Below are positions 23,299-32,482 of a DNA stretch of 64,000 nucleotides, piece after piece. Made by a program: the position numbers and the translations under genes. The DNA comes from Clostridia bacterium. Lineage in GTDB: Bacteria; Bacillota; Clostridia; Christensenellales; CAG-138. The notes beneath the pieces are model-generated. The model did no database searches, was not told where the DNA came from, and worked only from the letters and a program-made list of their open reading frames with translations. Position 1 is the first letter of the stretch. Each line of letters starts with the position of its first letter. Where the stretch lies: the NCBI GenBank assembly GCA_017538255.1, contig JAFYJD010000009.1, positions 13,428 through 77,427 of the forward strand, in the 5' to 3' direction.

Positions 23299-24078
23299 AT
23301 GTTTTGTCCAAACTGCGGCTTTGACTGCAAAGATGAAAACTTCTGCCCAAAATGCGGAAGAAACTTGAAGAATGACGATCCCGGAGTAAAAGGTGAAAAC
23401 AAAAACACAGATGCCGATACTCCCAAAGCCAAACCTTCACCGCGTGAACTGGCGGCCAAATCCTACGCAAGCATAGCGCAGTCCAAATCTTTCTTGTGTG
23501 CCGCAATTGCGTTGACCGTCAGCATTCTGATAAACCTGTATATGCTTCTTGATAATCGGGGTGCGCTTGATCAATTGATCGAAACGAATAATACTTCTGT
23601 TATAAGCAAGATATCTTTCATAGCTATGTTTGTGATCGTCGCCGCTATGTGGGTATTGATCAGTACGGCAAGAACAAAAGATACGATCAATCTTCAATGG
23701 CTGTATCTGGTCTTCGTTGCCGTGCTCGGGTATCTCGTAGTCAATGCAATTGCAAATATCGTAAATATCAAAATGCTTATCAATGCTGATGATTCGTTAG
23801 TGGCGCTGGTTGTGGTAATGATTGTGGCATCCGTTTGGAGCGTATCGATCCAAGCGGTTGCGGCAATAATCGTTTATAAGGCTGCAAACGGAGAAAACAT
23901 ATTCTTTTTGAGCGGTAAGGGCTATCTTCAGATAAGTCTGTTGCTAATGGGATGGCTTGGAGTAGCGGCAGGCGTGGTAGGATTGTTCCTTGTAAAAAAT
24001 GTATTCTTCTATATGATAACTGTTATAGTGAACAGTTTGGCGCACGTGTTTTTAGGAAAGATGTTAAAAGAGTATTGA
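23299..24078 (+). CDS. Zinc-ribbon-containing polytopic membrane protein, unknown function
   Basis: MFCPNCGFDCKDENFCPKCGRNL (CxxC..CxxC), then a K/D/P-rich linker and ~5 predicted TM helices. The gene is visibly more AT-rich than its neighbours. Confidence 0.7.
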   Translation: MFCPNCGFDCKDENFCPKCGRNLKNDDPGVKGENKNTDADTPKAKPSPRELAAKSYASIAQSKSFLCAAIALTVSILINLYMLLDNRGALDQLIETNNTSVISKISFIAMFVIVAAMWVLISTARTKDTINLQWLYLVFVAVLGYLVVNAIANIVNIKMLINADDSLVALVVVMIVASVWSVSIQAVAAIIVYKAANGENIFFLSGKGYLQISLLLMGWLGVAAGVVGLFLVKNVFFYMITVIVNSLAHVFLGKMLKEY

Positions 24079-24098
24079 TCCTGCTTTTCCAACGTATT

Positions 24099-24142
24099 AA
24101 AAGACCGTCCTGTGCGATCCGGTCGCGGGAGGGTCTTTTTTT
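24099..24142 (+). terminator. Terminator after the Zn-ribbon gene
   Basis: Long imperfect hairpin aaaagaccgtcc...gggagggtc followed by TTTTTTT. Confidence 0.7.
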
Positions 24143-24242
24143 CTTGCCTTTTTCCGCATTTGTGATAAAATACTATGCGAAAAAAATGAACATATTGAGT
24201 ATGTTACGAAGCATTATCGCAAAAGAAAACATTCATAAAATA

Positions 24243-24278
24243 AACAGCCGCCACGCGTATCTGTCGCGTGGCGGCTTC
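24243..24278 (-). terminator. Terminator after the PHP phosphatase gene
   Basis: agccgccacgcg-loop-cgcgtggcggct, then a T-rich run on the minus strand. Confidence 0.7.
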
Positions 24279-24291
24279 GTTATTTGCAAAT

Positions 24292-24993
24292 CTACCATTC
24301 GATATTCACGATATGCTCGAGCACGCCCGCTTCCGCGCAGGACGCGAGCGCGTTTTTGAGATCGCCGACCCGTTCCGCTCGGTGCGCGTCGCTGCCGACT
24401 ATCAGCCCCGCGCCGCGCTCGTGCGCGGTTTTTATCTGCTCCGGGGTCAAACTGACGTGGGATGAGTTGACTTCAAGCAATATGCCGAGCTGGCGCGCGC
24501 ATTCAGCCATATATGGTATGTCCACCTCAAGATACAGATTGGGATGCGAGATTATATCCGCCTTTCCCTTGTCCGCCGCCTCCATTATGGATTCCGCGTT
24601 GCGCCTCGGCGTGCTTTTGCCGCCGAAACTCTCAAAAAGTATGTGCCAGCCGAAACCGTTTGCGGGCAGTATGCCCTTGTGGTAGCCGAGGAGGATGACG
24701 TCGTATTCGCTTCTGTCCTTCGGGATATCGCTCTTTCCAAAGCCGGTCATATTGCATTCAAGCCCTGTTTTGACGTCTATCCTGCCCGCGAACTCGCGCT
24801 TGAGCGCGCGCATTTCCTCTTTGAGCCGCTCGAGTTTTTTGCCGCGAACGCCGTAATAAATGTTGCCCGAAGCGTGCTCGCTGACGGCGACCTCCCTCAG
24901 GCCGAGTTCCACGGCGCGCAAAACGTTATCGCGCGGGCTTCCCTTGCCGTGGCTGTAATATGTATGCGTATGCAGGTCGGAAATGATCTTCAC
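24292..24993 (-). CDS. PHP-domain phosphoesterase (histidinol-phosphatase-like family)
   Basis: MKIISDLHTHTYYSHGKGS... and C-terminal GSDAHRAE are PHP-fold metal-binding His/Asp motifs. GTG start preceded by GGAGGG. Confidence 0.8.
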   Translation of the reverse strand: MKIISDLHTHTYYSHGKGSPRDNVLRAVELGLREVAVSEHASGNIYYGVRGKKLERLKEEMRALKREFAGRIDVKTGLECNMTGFGKSDIPKDRSEYDVILLGYHKGILPANGFGWHILFESFGGKSTPRRNAESIMEAADKGKADIISHPNLYLEVDIPYMAECARQLGILLEVNSSHVSLTPEQIKTAHERGAGLIVGSDAHRAERVGDLKNALASCAEAGVLEHIVNIEW

Positions 24994-25046
24994 TCTGGTC
25001 CCTCCGCTCGTGAGTATTGACCTATTTTACCACTTTTTAGGCAAAA

Positions 25047-25080
25047 GTAAAAGACCCGCGTCCGTGTGGCGCGGGTCTTG
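25047..25080 (-). terminator. Terminator after the BMP lipoprotein gene
   Basis: aagacccgcg-loop-cgcgggtctt followed on the minus strand by TTTTACTTTT. Confidence 0.75.
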
Positions 25081-25091
25081 AGTTAAAAGGA

Positions 25092-26279
25092 TCAGTCGTT
25101 ATTGAGTTCGGTGATGCCGTCGATGCGGATATCGAACAGGGGAGCGGAGATCTTCTCGGACTCGTGGAAGTAGCCGTCCCAGATGAGCTCAACGCCTTCA
25201 AAACCATAACTCTTGTCATAACTGGTCAGATGCTCGCCGTTTACGGTGAAGTTCCGGCAGTCAAACACGTGGAGTTCGCCGTTCTTGATCTTGTCGATAG
25301 CGGCCTTAACAGCCTCTTCGGTGCCGGGAGCGCAGCTCTTGCCGAGCGCGGAGATCTGGACCGCGTTGTCCTTGTAGCCGCTGCACCAATCCTGCTTAAG
25401 GGTGCCGCCGTCGATCATGGTCTTAACGGCATAGGTGTAGAAAGCGTCCCAGTTGTTCTGTGCGGAGGTCAGTGCCGCGTCGGGAGCAACGTTGAGCATA
25501 TCAACGTTGTAGCCAACGCTGTAAACCGCCTTGCCGCTTTCAAGTTCCTTCTGTACGGCCATCGGTGCGCCGGTGGAGTCGGCGTGCTGACCGATGATGA
25601 CGGCGCCGCGAGCCATCAGGAGATTGGCGGTCTCAGCCTCTTCGGAGATGCCGAACCATTTGCCGGTGTAATGAACATCCATATGCGCATCGGGAACGAT
25701 GGAGCGGATGCCGAGGAAGAACGCGGTGTAGCCGGAAACGACTTCCGCATAGGGGAATGCGCCGACATAACCGATGTAGGGATCGGTAACGGTGCCTTCG
25801 TCCATAAGCTGCTTGAGTTTCATACCGGCAACGATACCGGAGACATAGCGTGCTTCATAGATAGAGGTGAAGTAGTTGAAGATGTTCTTCAGTTCGGTCT
25901 CCTTTGCGGCGGTCTGGCCGGTCGCGTGGCAGAACATGACCTCGGGGAACTCTTTGGCGGCCTCGATCATATAGCTCTCGTGGCCGAAGGAGTTTGCGAA
26001 GATGATCTTGCAGCCCTTGGCAACAAGGTCTTTAGCCGCGTTGTAGCAGGTCTCGTCTTCGGGAACATTGTACTTGTAGATGATTTGGTCCTCGGAGAGG
26101 CCGTTGGCTTTGCGGGCGGCTTCCACGCCGTCCATATGAGCCCTGGTATAACCCTCGTTTTCGTCGCCAACGAGGATAACGCCGACTTTGATGCCGGAAG
26201 TCTTTTCCTTGCTGCAAGCCATGGACGCAACGGAAAGCACCATAACGAGCGCGAGGATGAGCGCAAGAAGTTTTTTCAT
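25092..26279 (-). CDS. BMP-family (PnrA/Med-like) ABC-transporter substrate-binding lipoprotein
   Basis: MKKLLALILALVMVLSVASMACSKE lipobox, then IKVGVILVGDENEGYTRAHMDG...IIFANSFGH..., typical of basic membrane protein family nucleoside/sugar binders. ATG at 26279 follows GGAGGAA. Confidence 0.88.
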   Translation of the reverse strand: MKKLLALILALVMVLSVASMACSKEKTSGIKVGVILVGDENEGYTRAHMDGVEAARKANGLSEDQIIYKYNVPEDETCYNAAKDLVAKGCKIIFANSFGHESYMIEAAKEFPEVMFCHATGQTAAKETELKNIFNYFTSIYEARYVSGIVAGMKLKQLMDEGTVTDPYIGYVGAFPYAEVVSGYTAFFLGIRSIVPDAHMDVHYTGKWFGISEEAETANLLMARGAVIIGQHADSTGAPMAVQKELESGKAVYSVGYNVDMLNVAPDAALTSAQNNWDAFYTYAVKTMIDGGTLKQDWCSGYKDNAVQISALGKSCAPGTEEAVKAAIDKIKNGELHVFDCRNFTVNGEHLTSYDKSYGFEGVELIWDGYFHESEKISAPLFDIRIDGITELNND

Positions 26280-26328
26280 TTCAGATTCCTCCAAATGTAT
26301 TCTGTTCGGTCGAGCCAAACATAAGCAA

Positions 26329-26357
26329 ATTATAACTTGTTTGGATGTAAAAATCAA
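26329..26357 (-). promoter_or_regulatory. Sigma-A-type promoter of the BMP gene
   Basis: Minus strand: TTGATT (26357-26352), 17 bp, TATAAT (26334-26329). Confidence 0.55.
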
Positions 26358-26420
26358 TAGCCTTTTGTTGATTTTTGCGAAAAAATCGCGAACGCGTTCC
26401 AACCGAAAAAACCGAGCGCC

Positions 26421-26450
26421 CAAACAAAAACGGGACGGAGAGCCGTCCCG
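26421..26450 (-). terminator. Terminator after the DHHW gene
   Basis: cgggacgg-agag-ccgtcccg followed on the minus strand by TTTTTGTTTG. Confidence 0.75.
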
Positions 26451-26471
26451 AAAATCAAAACTTATACGGTG

Positions 26472-27656
26472 TTATCTCAAAAGGTCCACGGAGCCGTCGG
26501 CAACGGTGTCGATGCCCGTTATGATGACAAAATCCCGAAGACCGAACTCCTCGCAGAGTTTGCTCGGCGTGGGCAAAAAGAGATTGTAGTACATCGAGCG
26601 CGTATCGATCATAATGACGGTGCGGTAATGCTCCGCCAAAAACGGCACGACGGCGTTGCCGTAACTGTCCTTGAGAACTAGCAGCGAGCCGCTCTCAAGG
26701 TTTTCGTTGATTATCGTCGTGATGCCGTGGTTGCCGTAGAGATACGCGGCGTATTTGTCAACAACATCCGCTTCCAGGCATTTCGTATCGAGCGAGCCGA
26801 TGTGCTCGTCGGCAGAGGACGCGCTGTCCCTCGTCGTTACGGTCAGATGCGAGTCCGACGGACCGACCCAGGTCTCGAGCGTATCGGGCGCGGTCAAAAA
26901 CAGACCGCTTTTGCCGTAGGATGTGCCGTAGAACGGATAGCCGGTTTTTGTAAACGCGCTTTCATCCAGCGGGGTGTAGCCGAGTTTTTCGCCGAGCGCG
27001 CGGTAGATAAGATACGAGCCGCGCATCGTCAGGTGGTGGTCGGTGCGGTAGTAGAGCGATTCGACGTCGTCCGTTTCGTTGAACAGCGTCTTCACGTCGA
27101 GCGTATCGACCGAGTCCGCGAAGCCGTCAATTATGGAAGCATAGATATCATCCTCGCGGTATTCAAGATGCATAGCGGGGAGCGCGTCTTCAAGCATACT
27201 GCCGGATGACGGGATGATCGCGCTGTAAGCGTTGAGCGAGTTGTTTTCAACAAAACCGCGGATCTTATCGGCGCTCTTTGCGATGTCCTTGTCGTTCTTT
27301 TCGATCGGGGCGACAAAAAGGCGACCGCCCTTGCCGAGGATTATGCCCTCGGTCGCGTTCCTGCCCGTAAGCCTGTTTGCGTAGGAATAGATCGAAACAA
27401 AGACGTTCCTGAGCGGGAAATGATCCTGAATCCAGGTGTCCGCCTGTTTGGAAAACTCGCCCGAAAGCACGGTTTTGGAGTTGAACTCCGGCGCTTCGGA
27501 AAGCAGGCGCCTTTCGTTGGGGCTGAGTTCGCCGTGATGTTTCGGCAGTAAGGAAAGAAGCACGGAAAACAGCGAGACAAAGCCGATAAACAGTATGAAT
27601 ATCGCCTTTCTTGCCGCGCTGACGGGTTTTTCGGTTTTTACCGTTTGTTCGTCCAT
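26472..27656 (-). CDS. DHHW-family (AlgJ/AlgX-like) membrane-anchored protein
   Basis: N-terminal TM anchor, the motif YYRTDHHLTMRGSYLIY (DHH[WL] signature), and ...LVLKDSYGN. Confidence 0.8.
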   Translation of the reverse strand: MDEQTVKTEKPVSAARKAIFILFIGFVSLFSVLLSLLPKHHGELSPNERRLLSEAPEFNSKTVLSGEFSKQADTWIQDHFPLRNVFVSIYSYANRLTGRNATEGIILGKGGRLFVAPIEKNDKDIAKSADKIRGFVENNSLNAYSAIIPSSGSMLEDALPAMHLEYREDDIYASIIDGFADSVDTLDVKTLFNETDDVESLYYRTDHHLTMRGSYLIYRALGEKLGYTPLDESAFTKTGYPFYGTSYGKSGLFLTAPDTLETWVGPSDSHLTVTTRDSASSADEHIGSLDTKCLEADVVDKYAAYLYGNHGITTIINENLESGSLLVLKDSYGNAVVPFLAEHYRTVIMIDTRSMYYNLFLPTPSKLCEEFGLRDFVIITGIDTVADGSVDLLR

Positions 27657-28183
27657 TATTTGGAGGCGTTCTTTACGATCTCGTCAACAACGGTCTTTGC
27701 GGTGCCGTTATCCGCGGATACGACATAGAACACGTACCTGCCCTTTACGGTATTTATCGCGCTCTCGAGTTTGGGTACCTGCTCGGGACCGTAATCCGAA
27801 TAGCCGTCGATATTGACTTTAAGCCAGTCCTTGATCGCGCCCTCGGAGATCGCCTTGGCGGAGGCGGCGTCTTTGGCGGCGATGATGACGACGGTTTCGG
27901 GGCTGGAAACGCTGATAGCGACGAACATCTCGGGCGCGCCGTTCTTGGTTTCAACCTTGTTGAGGTCGATCTTGAACTGTTCGCCGGCAAAATAGGAAAC
28001 AGCGTCTGCGGGCAGCACTTCGGGCTTATACTGATAATCGGTGCCGTCAAGCAGCTTTTGACCGGCATTTGCGATGTCGATGGTGATGTTTGCGTTGTCG
28101 GAGCCTTCATCCGAGGGTTTGGAGCAGGACACGATGCCGGCAAACGCTATAACAGCGAGAAAAAGTGCGAAGAATCTTTTCAT
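27656..28183 (-). CDS. DUF4358-like lipoprotein
   Basis: MKRFFALFLAVIAFAGIVSCSK lipobox. A ..VVIIAAKDAASAKAISEGAIKDWL...GRYVFYVVSAD.. pattern, as recalled for DUF4358. The stop overlaps the DHHW start. Confidence 0.6.
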   Translation of the reverse strand: MKRFFALFLAVIAFAGIVSCSKPSDEGSDNANITIDIANAGQKLLDGTDYQYKPEVLPADAVSYFAGEQFKIDLNKVETKNGAPEMFVAISVSSPETVVIIAAKDAASAKAISEGAIKDWLKVNIDGYSDYGPEQVPKLESAINTVKGRYVFYVVSADNGTAKTVVDEIVKNASK

Positions 28184-28236
28184 AAAAAACTCCTTTTTGG
28201 ATGTTTATGTCAGGCGGGCTTTGCGGCAAAAGGTAA

Positions 28237-29172
28237 TCAGCCCCAAAGAACGCTCATAACCGTGGTGCAGATACTATTCGCCCAGATGCGCGAATAGGTC
28301 ATATTGAGGTGGATGCCGTCGCCCGAAGCGCTCTCGGGAAGCGTGTTGTCGGGGCCGTAGAGTTCATCGGGAACGTAGATGAAATGGCAGTAATCGAGCT
28401 TGAGTGCAAGTTCGGCAAGTTGGGAGTTGTAGAGATTGATGATCTCGTTCCATTTTTTACCGTTGACTTCCGGTTTCGTGTCGGAGACTTTTTTGGTAAC
28501 GGGCGGTATTCCGGTCAGGAATATCTGAGCCCCGCTCTGCCTTGCCTTGATCTCCTTGACGAGTTTTTCATACCTTTGTATGAAAGCGTTTTGATTCGGC
28601 CAGCCGAGCTCGTTCTGACCGAACATAAGGATGACGCCGGAGTATGCGCCGGTGTTGAGTTCGTCGATAACGGGCTTGTTGCCGTTCGTGGTGGTCGCGG
28701 TGTATACGGTGCTGAGGTTGAGACCGACCTTCGTGAAGAACTTGCCGTGGGTGATCACGCCGTAGAGGTGGAGACCCTCGAAGATCGAGTTGCCGACAAA
28801 CGCGCAGTTGTCGAATACGGCTTGGTCGGCGGACTGCCCCGGAACAAAGGTATGATTGCCCGGCGAAGGGGTAACATTGGGCGCAGAACCGGGCGTTTGA
28901 GTCGGATTGCCGGGAGTGCCGGATTGCCTCGGCGTAGGAAGCGGCGTAGGCGTCGCAAACGGCGAGGGCGAGATGTCAAAAGGAGGCAGCGACGAATCGG
29001 GCCCCAACGTTTCGGCGATGTAAGGCGATACCGTTCCGTTGGACGGAACAGGAACGGCGGTGAGCGTATCGACGCTTACAATAACGTTCGGATTTTCTTT
29101 TGACGCGCAGCCGCCGACGGCGAGCGCAACAGAGCATACAACGCATAATGCGGCGATCAATCTTTTGTTCAT
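28237..29172 (-). CDS. SGNH/GDSL-family hydrolase lipoprotein with Pro-rich linker
   Basis: Lipobox AVGGCAS, a P/T/S-rich linker, block I FVGNSIFEG, block III MFGQNE, and block V GDGIHLN. Confidence 0.75.
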   Translation of the reverse strand: MNKRLIAALCVVCSVALAVGGCASKENPNVIVSVDTLTAVPVPSNGTVSPYIAETLGPDSSLPPFDISPSPFATPTPLPTPRQSGTPGNPTQTPGSAPNVTPSPGNHTFVPGQSADQAVFDNCAFVGNSIFEGLHLYGVITHGKFFTKVGLNLSTVYTATTTNGNKPVIDELNTGAYSGVILMFGQNELGWPNQNAFIQRYEKLVKEIKARQSGAQIFLTGIPPVTKKVSDTKPEVNGKKWNEIINLYNSQLAELALKLDYCHFIYVPDELYGPDNTLPESASGDGIHLNMTYSRIWANSICTTVMSVLWG

Positions 29173-29384
29173 AGGTATTCCCTGATTTCAGCCTTTTTTT
29201 GCACAGCGGACAACAGTCTGCAATGCACTAAATACCATTATAACAAATCGCGCGCGGTTTTTCAATAGAAAACACACCTGATCGCCGCAAAAAAAGAAGT
29301 AAAAATGTAAACTTTTTGTGTCAAATCGGTAAAAAGCCCGCTTTTACTGTTTGCGCAAGACCATTCGGGAATGCAGGCGCGTCA

Positions 29385-29424
29385 AAAGAAAAAGCCCAAA
29401 CCGACGGTATCGATTCGGGCTTTG
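29385..29424 (-). terminator. Terminator after ppdK
   Basis: aaagcccgaa-loop-tttgggcttt on the minus strand followed by TTCTTTT. Confidence 0.65.
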
Positions 29425-29463
29425 GCTATGCCATTGGATGGCTCTGCGCCAAACGGCGCAGGC

Positions 29464-32091
29464 TTATTTGTTGTTGAGCGCTGCCTGAGCCGCCGCGAGC
29501 CTTGCGATCGGTACGCGGAAGGGCGAGCAGGAAACATAGTTCAAACCGATCTTGTGGCAGAACTCGATCGAGGACGGGTCGCCGCCGTGTTCGCCGCAGA
29601 TGCCGAGTTTGATGTTCGGACGGGTGGACTTGCCGAGATCGACCGCGATCTTCATAAGTTTGCCGACGCCGACCTGATCGACGCGGGCGAACGGATCGCT
29701 CTCGAAGATCTTCTTGGAGTAGTAGTCGGGCAGGAACTTGCCTGCGTCGTCGCGGCTGAAGCCGAAGGTCATCTGGGTAAGGTCGTTGGTGCCGAAACTG
29801 AAGAACTCGGCCTCGGTGGCAACTTCGTCCGCGGTAAGGGCGGCGCGGGGGATCTCGATCATCGTACCGACGAGGTAGGGAATCTCCATCCCGCATTCGG
29901 CCATGACCTTCTTGGCGGTCTCGACAACGAAACTCTTGACGTATGCGAGTTCCTTTGCTTCGCCAACGAGTGGGATCATGATCTCGGGAACGATCTCAAG
30001 ACCGGTCTCCTTGCGAACTTCGATCGCCGCCTCGATGACGGCGCGGGTCTGCATCTCTGCGATCTCGGGATAGGTAACGGACAGACGGCAGCCGCGATGG
30101 CCCATCATCGGGTTCGCTTCGTGCAGACCGTCGATGGTCGCCTTGAGTTCGTCGTAGGTAAGACCCATAGTGCTTGCAAGCGCCCTGATGTCCTCTTCTT
30201 TGGTGGGAAGGAACTCGTGGAGCGGGGGATCGAGGAAGCGGATGGTAACCGGGCGGCCTTCCATCGCCTTGTAGATGCCCTTGAAGTCCTCGCGCTGCAT
30301 CGGCAGGATCTTGTTGAGAGCGGCTTTGCGCTCGTCCTCGTTCTTGGAAACGATCATCTCGCGAACGGCGGGGATGCGGTCCTCGTCAAAGAACATATGC
30401 TCGGTGCGGCAGAGGCCGATGCCTTCCGCGCCGAACTTAACTGCCATAGCGGCCTGCGAGGGGGAGTCGGCGTTGGTGCGTACCTTGAGGGTGCGGAACG
30501 AATCCGCCCATTCCATAACGGTCGCAAAATTGCCGGAGATCTCCGCGGGAACGGTCTTTATAGCGCCCGCGTAGACCTTGCCGGTCGTGCCGTCGAGGCT
30601 GATCCAGTCGCCTTCACGAAGCACGGTGCCGTCGGGGAAGGTGATGGTCTTGGCTTCCTCGTTGATGTTGGCGTCCTTGCAGCCGCATACGCAGCAGGTG
30701 CCGATCTGACGGGCAACGACCGCGGCGTGGCTGGTCCTGCCGCCGAATGCGGTCAGGATGCCCTGAGCGGCGTTCATGCCCTCGATATCCTCGGGGCTGG
30801 TCTCCTTGCGGGCAAGGATGACTTCGTGGCCGGCGTCGTGCGCGGCCTTCGCCTCATCCGCGGTGAAGTAAACAAGACCGCAGGCGGCGCCGGGGGATGC
30901 GTTGAGACCTTCCGCGATGGGCTTTGCGGCCTTGAGCGCGGCGGAGTCGAACTGGGGATGCAGCAGCGCGTCGAGCGCTTGAGGCTCGATCATCTTGATG
31001 GCCTCTTCCTTTGTGCGCATACCCTCTTTAACGAGATCAACGGCAACCTGAAGCGCGGCGGCGGGGGTGCGCTTGCCGCTCCTGGTCTGGAGCATAAAGA
31101 GCTTGCCCTTTTCGATGGTGAACTCCATATCCTGCATATCGCGATAGTGCTTTTCGAGCGTATCGGCGATCTTTACAAACTGGTTGTAGATATCCTCGTT
31201 GGTCTCTCTGAGCTGGCTGATGCTCTGGGGAGTGCGGATACCCGCAACAACATCCTCGCCCTGAGCGTTCATCAGGTACTCACCGAAGAGCGCCTTTTCG
31301 CCGGTGGCGGGGTCGCGGGTGAACGCAACGCCGGTACCGGAATCATCGCCCATATTGCCGAAGACCATACTCTGCACGTTGACGGCGGTGCCCCAGCTGG
31401 AGGGGATGTCGTACTGACGGCGATAGACGATCGCACGGTCGTTGTTCCAACTGCGGAAAACCGCCTTGATGGCTTCCATAAGCTGAACTTTGGGATCCTG
31501 AGGGAAGTCAAAGCCCTTTTCGGTCCTGAACATCACCTTGTATGCTTCAACGATCTCTTTGAGGTTGTCCGCGGTGAGCTGGGTGTCGAGTTCGCAGCCG
31601 TATTTTTCTTTGGTGGCTTCAAGGATCTTGTCGAACTTTTTCTTTTCGACCTCCATAACGACGTCCGAGAACATCTGGATGAAGCGGCGATAACTGTCAT
31701 ATGCAAAACGCTCGTTGTTGGTGAGCCTTGCAAGCGCCACAACGGTCTGATCGTTGAGACCGAGGTTGAGGATGGTGTCCATCATGCCGGGCATACTTGC
31801 GCGCGCGCCGGAGCGAACGGATACGAGGAAGGGGTTTTCTGTGCTGCCGAGTTTCTTGCCGGCGCGCTCCTCGATGACCGCAAGCGCTTCTTCGATCTGC
31901 TTGGCGATCTCTTCTGAGATGGTCTCGCCGTCTTCGTAATAGCGGGTGCAGGCTTCGGTGGAAACGGTAAAGCCGTAGGGAACGGGAAGCCCGAGGCCGG
32001 TCATTTCGGCAAGATTAGCGCCTTTACCGCCCAACAGGTTCCTCATTGTTGCGTTGCCTTCGTTAAAAAGGTACACATACTTGTGAGACAT
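29464..32091 (-). CDS. ppdK: Pyruvate, phosphate dikinase
   Basis: MSHKYVYLFNEGNATMRNLLGGKGANLAEM..., phospho-His region GGRTSHAAVVAR, and a C-terminal PEP-utilising TIM barrel with GICGE. ATG at 32091 follows GGAGGAG. Confidence 0.97.
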   Translation of the reverse strand: MSHKYVYLFNEGNATMRNLLGGKGANLAEMTGLGLPVPYGFTVSTEACTRYYEDGETISEEIAKQIEEALAVIEERAGKKLGSTENPFLVSVRSGARASMPGMMDTILNLGLNDQTVVALARLTNNERFAYDSYRRFIQMFSDVVMEVEKKKFDKILEATKEKYGCELDTQLTADNLKEIVEAYKVMFRTEKGFDFPQDPKVQLMEAIKAVFRSWNNDRAIVYRRQYDIPSSWGTAVNVQSMVFGNMGDDSGTGVAFTRDPATGEKALFGEYLMNAQGEDVVAGIRTPQSISQLRETNEDIYNQFVKIADTLEKHYRDMQDMEFTIEKGKLFMLQTRSGKRTPAAALQVAVDLVKEGMRTKEEAIKMIEPQALDALLHPQFDSAALKAAKPIAEGLNASPGAACGLVYFTADEAKAAHDAGHEVILARKETSPEDIEGMNAAQGILTAFGGRTSHAAVVARQIGTCCVCGCKDANINEEAKTITFPDGTVLREGDWISLDGTTGKVYAGAIKTVPAEISGNFATVMEWADSFRTLKVRTNADSPSQAAMAVKFGAEGIGLCRTEHMFFDEDRIPAVREMIVSKNEDERKAALNKILPMQREDFKGIYKAMEGRPVTIRFLDPPLHEFLPTKEEDIRALASTMGLTYDELKATIDGLHEANPMMGHRGCRLSVTYPEIAEMQTRAVIEAAIEVRKETGLEIVPEIMIPLVGEAKELAYVKSFVVETAKKVMAECGMEIPYLVGTMIEIPRAALTADEVATEAEFFSFGTNDLTQMTFGFSRDDAGKFLPDYYSKKIFESDPFARVDQVGVGKLMKIAVDLGKSTRPNIKLGICGEHGGDPSSIEFCHKIGLNYVSCSPFRVPIARLAAAQAALNNK

Positions 32092-32141
32092 ATATTGCTC
32101 CTCCATTTAAATATAATTTGTATTTTATGGTACAACTTATC

Positions 32142-32170
32142 AGTATAATGCCAAATCATCAAAAAATCAA
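32142..32170 (-). promoter_or_regulatory. Candidate ppdK promoter
   Basis: Minus strand: TTGATT (32170-32165), 17 bp, TATACT (32147-32142). Confidence 0.45.
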
Positions 32171-32242
32171 GTATTTAACAAATATTTTTTGAGTTGTGTG
32201 GGAATACTGGATATTGGGCCCGAAAAAAAGGAGGATAAATGA

Positions 32243-32482
32243 ATGAAAAACGGAAAAAAAGACAGAAAATACAGAAATTACAGCGCGGAATCGCGGCTTC
32301 GCGGCGATTCGTCCACGGTATCCGCAAGCGAGGCGACGGGAATGCTTTATTGTCCACCCCGCTCAAAACACGATATGGAAGTCGCGGACGATCTGATCCC
32401 GCTGGAAGTCAACCTGCCGCGCTACGGCTTCATACCCGAAGCCGCCGGACAGCAGGCGGGACTGACTCCGCTCAGCGAATAG
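32243..32482 (+). CDS. Small hypothetical protein (79 aa)
   Basis: A strong AGGAGG (32229-32234) lies 8 nt before the ATG at 32243. Sequence MKNGKKDRKYRNYSAESRLRG...DLIPLEVNLPRYGFIPEAAGQQAGLTPLSE. Its composition looks more protein-like than the overlapping +1 frame (32239). No homolog recalled. Confidence 0.4.
   Translation: MKNGKKDRKYRNYSAESRLRGDSSTVSASEATGMLYCPPRSKHDMEVADDLIPLEVNLPRYGFIPEAAGQQAGLTPLSE

Noticed and set aside
25164-26324. 386-aa plus-strand ORF
   Set aside because: It is antisense to the BMP lipoprotein gene and has no recognisable motifs.
29371-31917. 848-aa ORF on the plus strand
   Set aside because: It is antisense to ppdK, has shadow-ORF composition (G/A/L/R/D-rich) and has no RBS.
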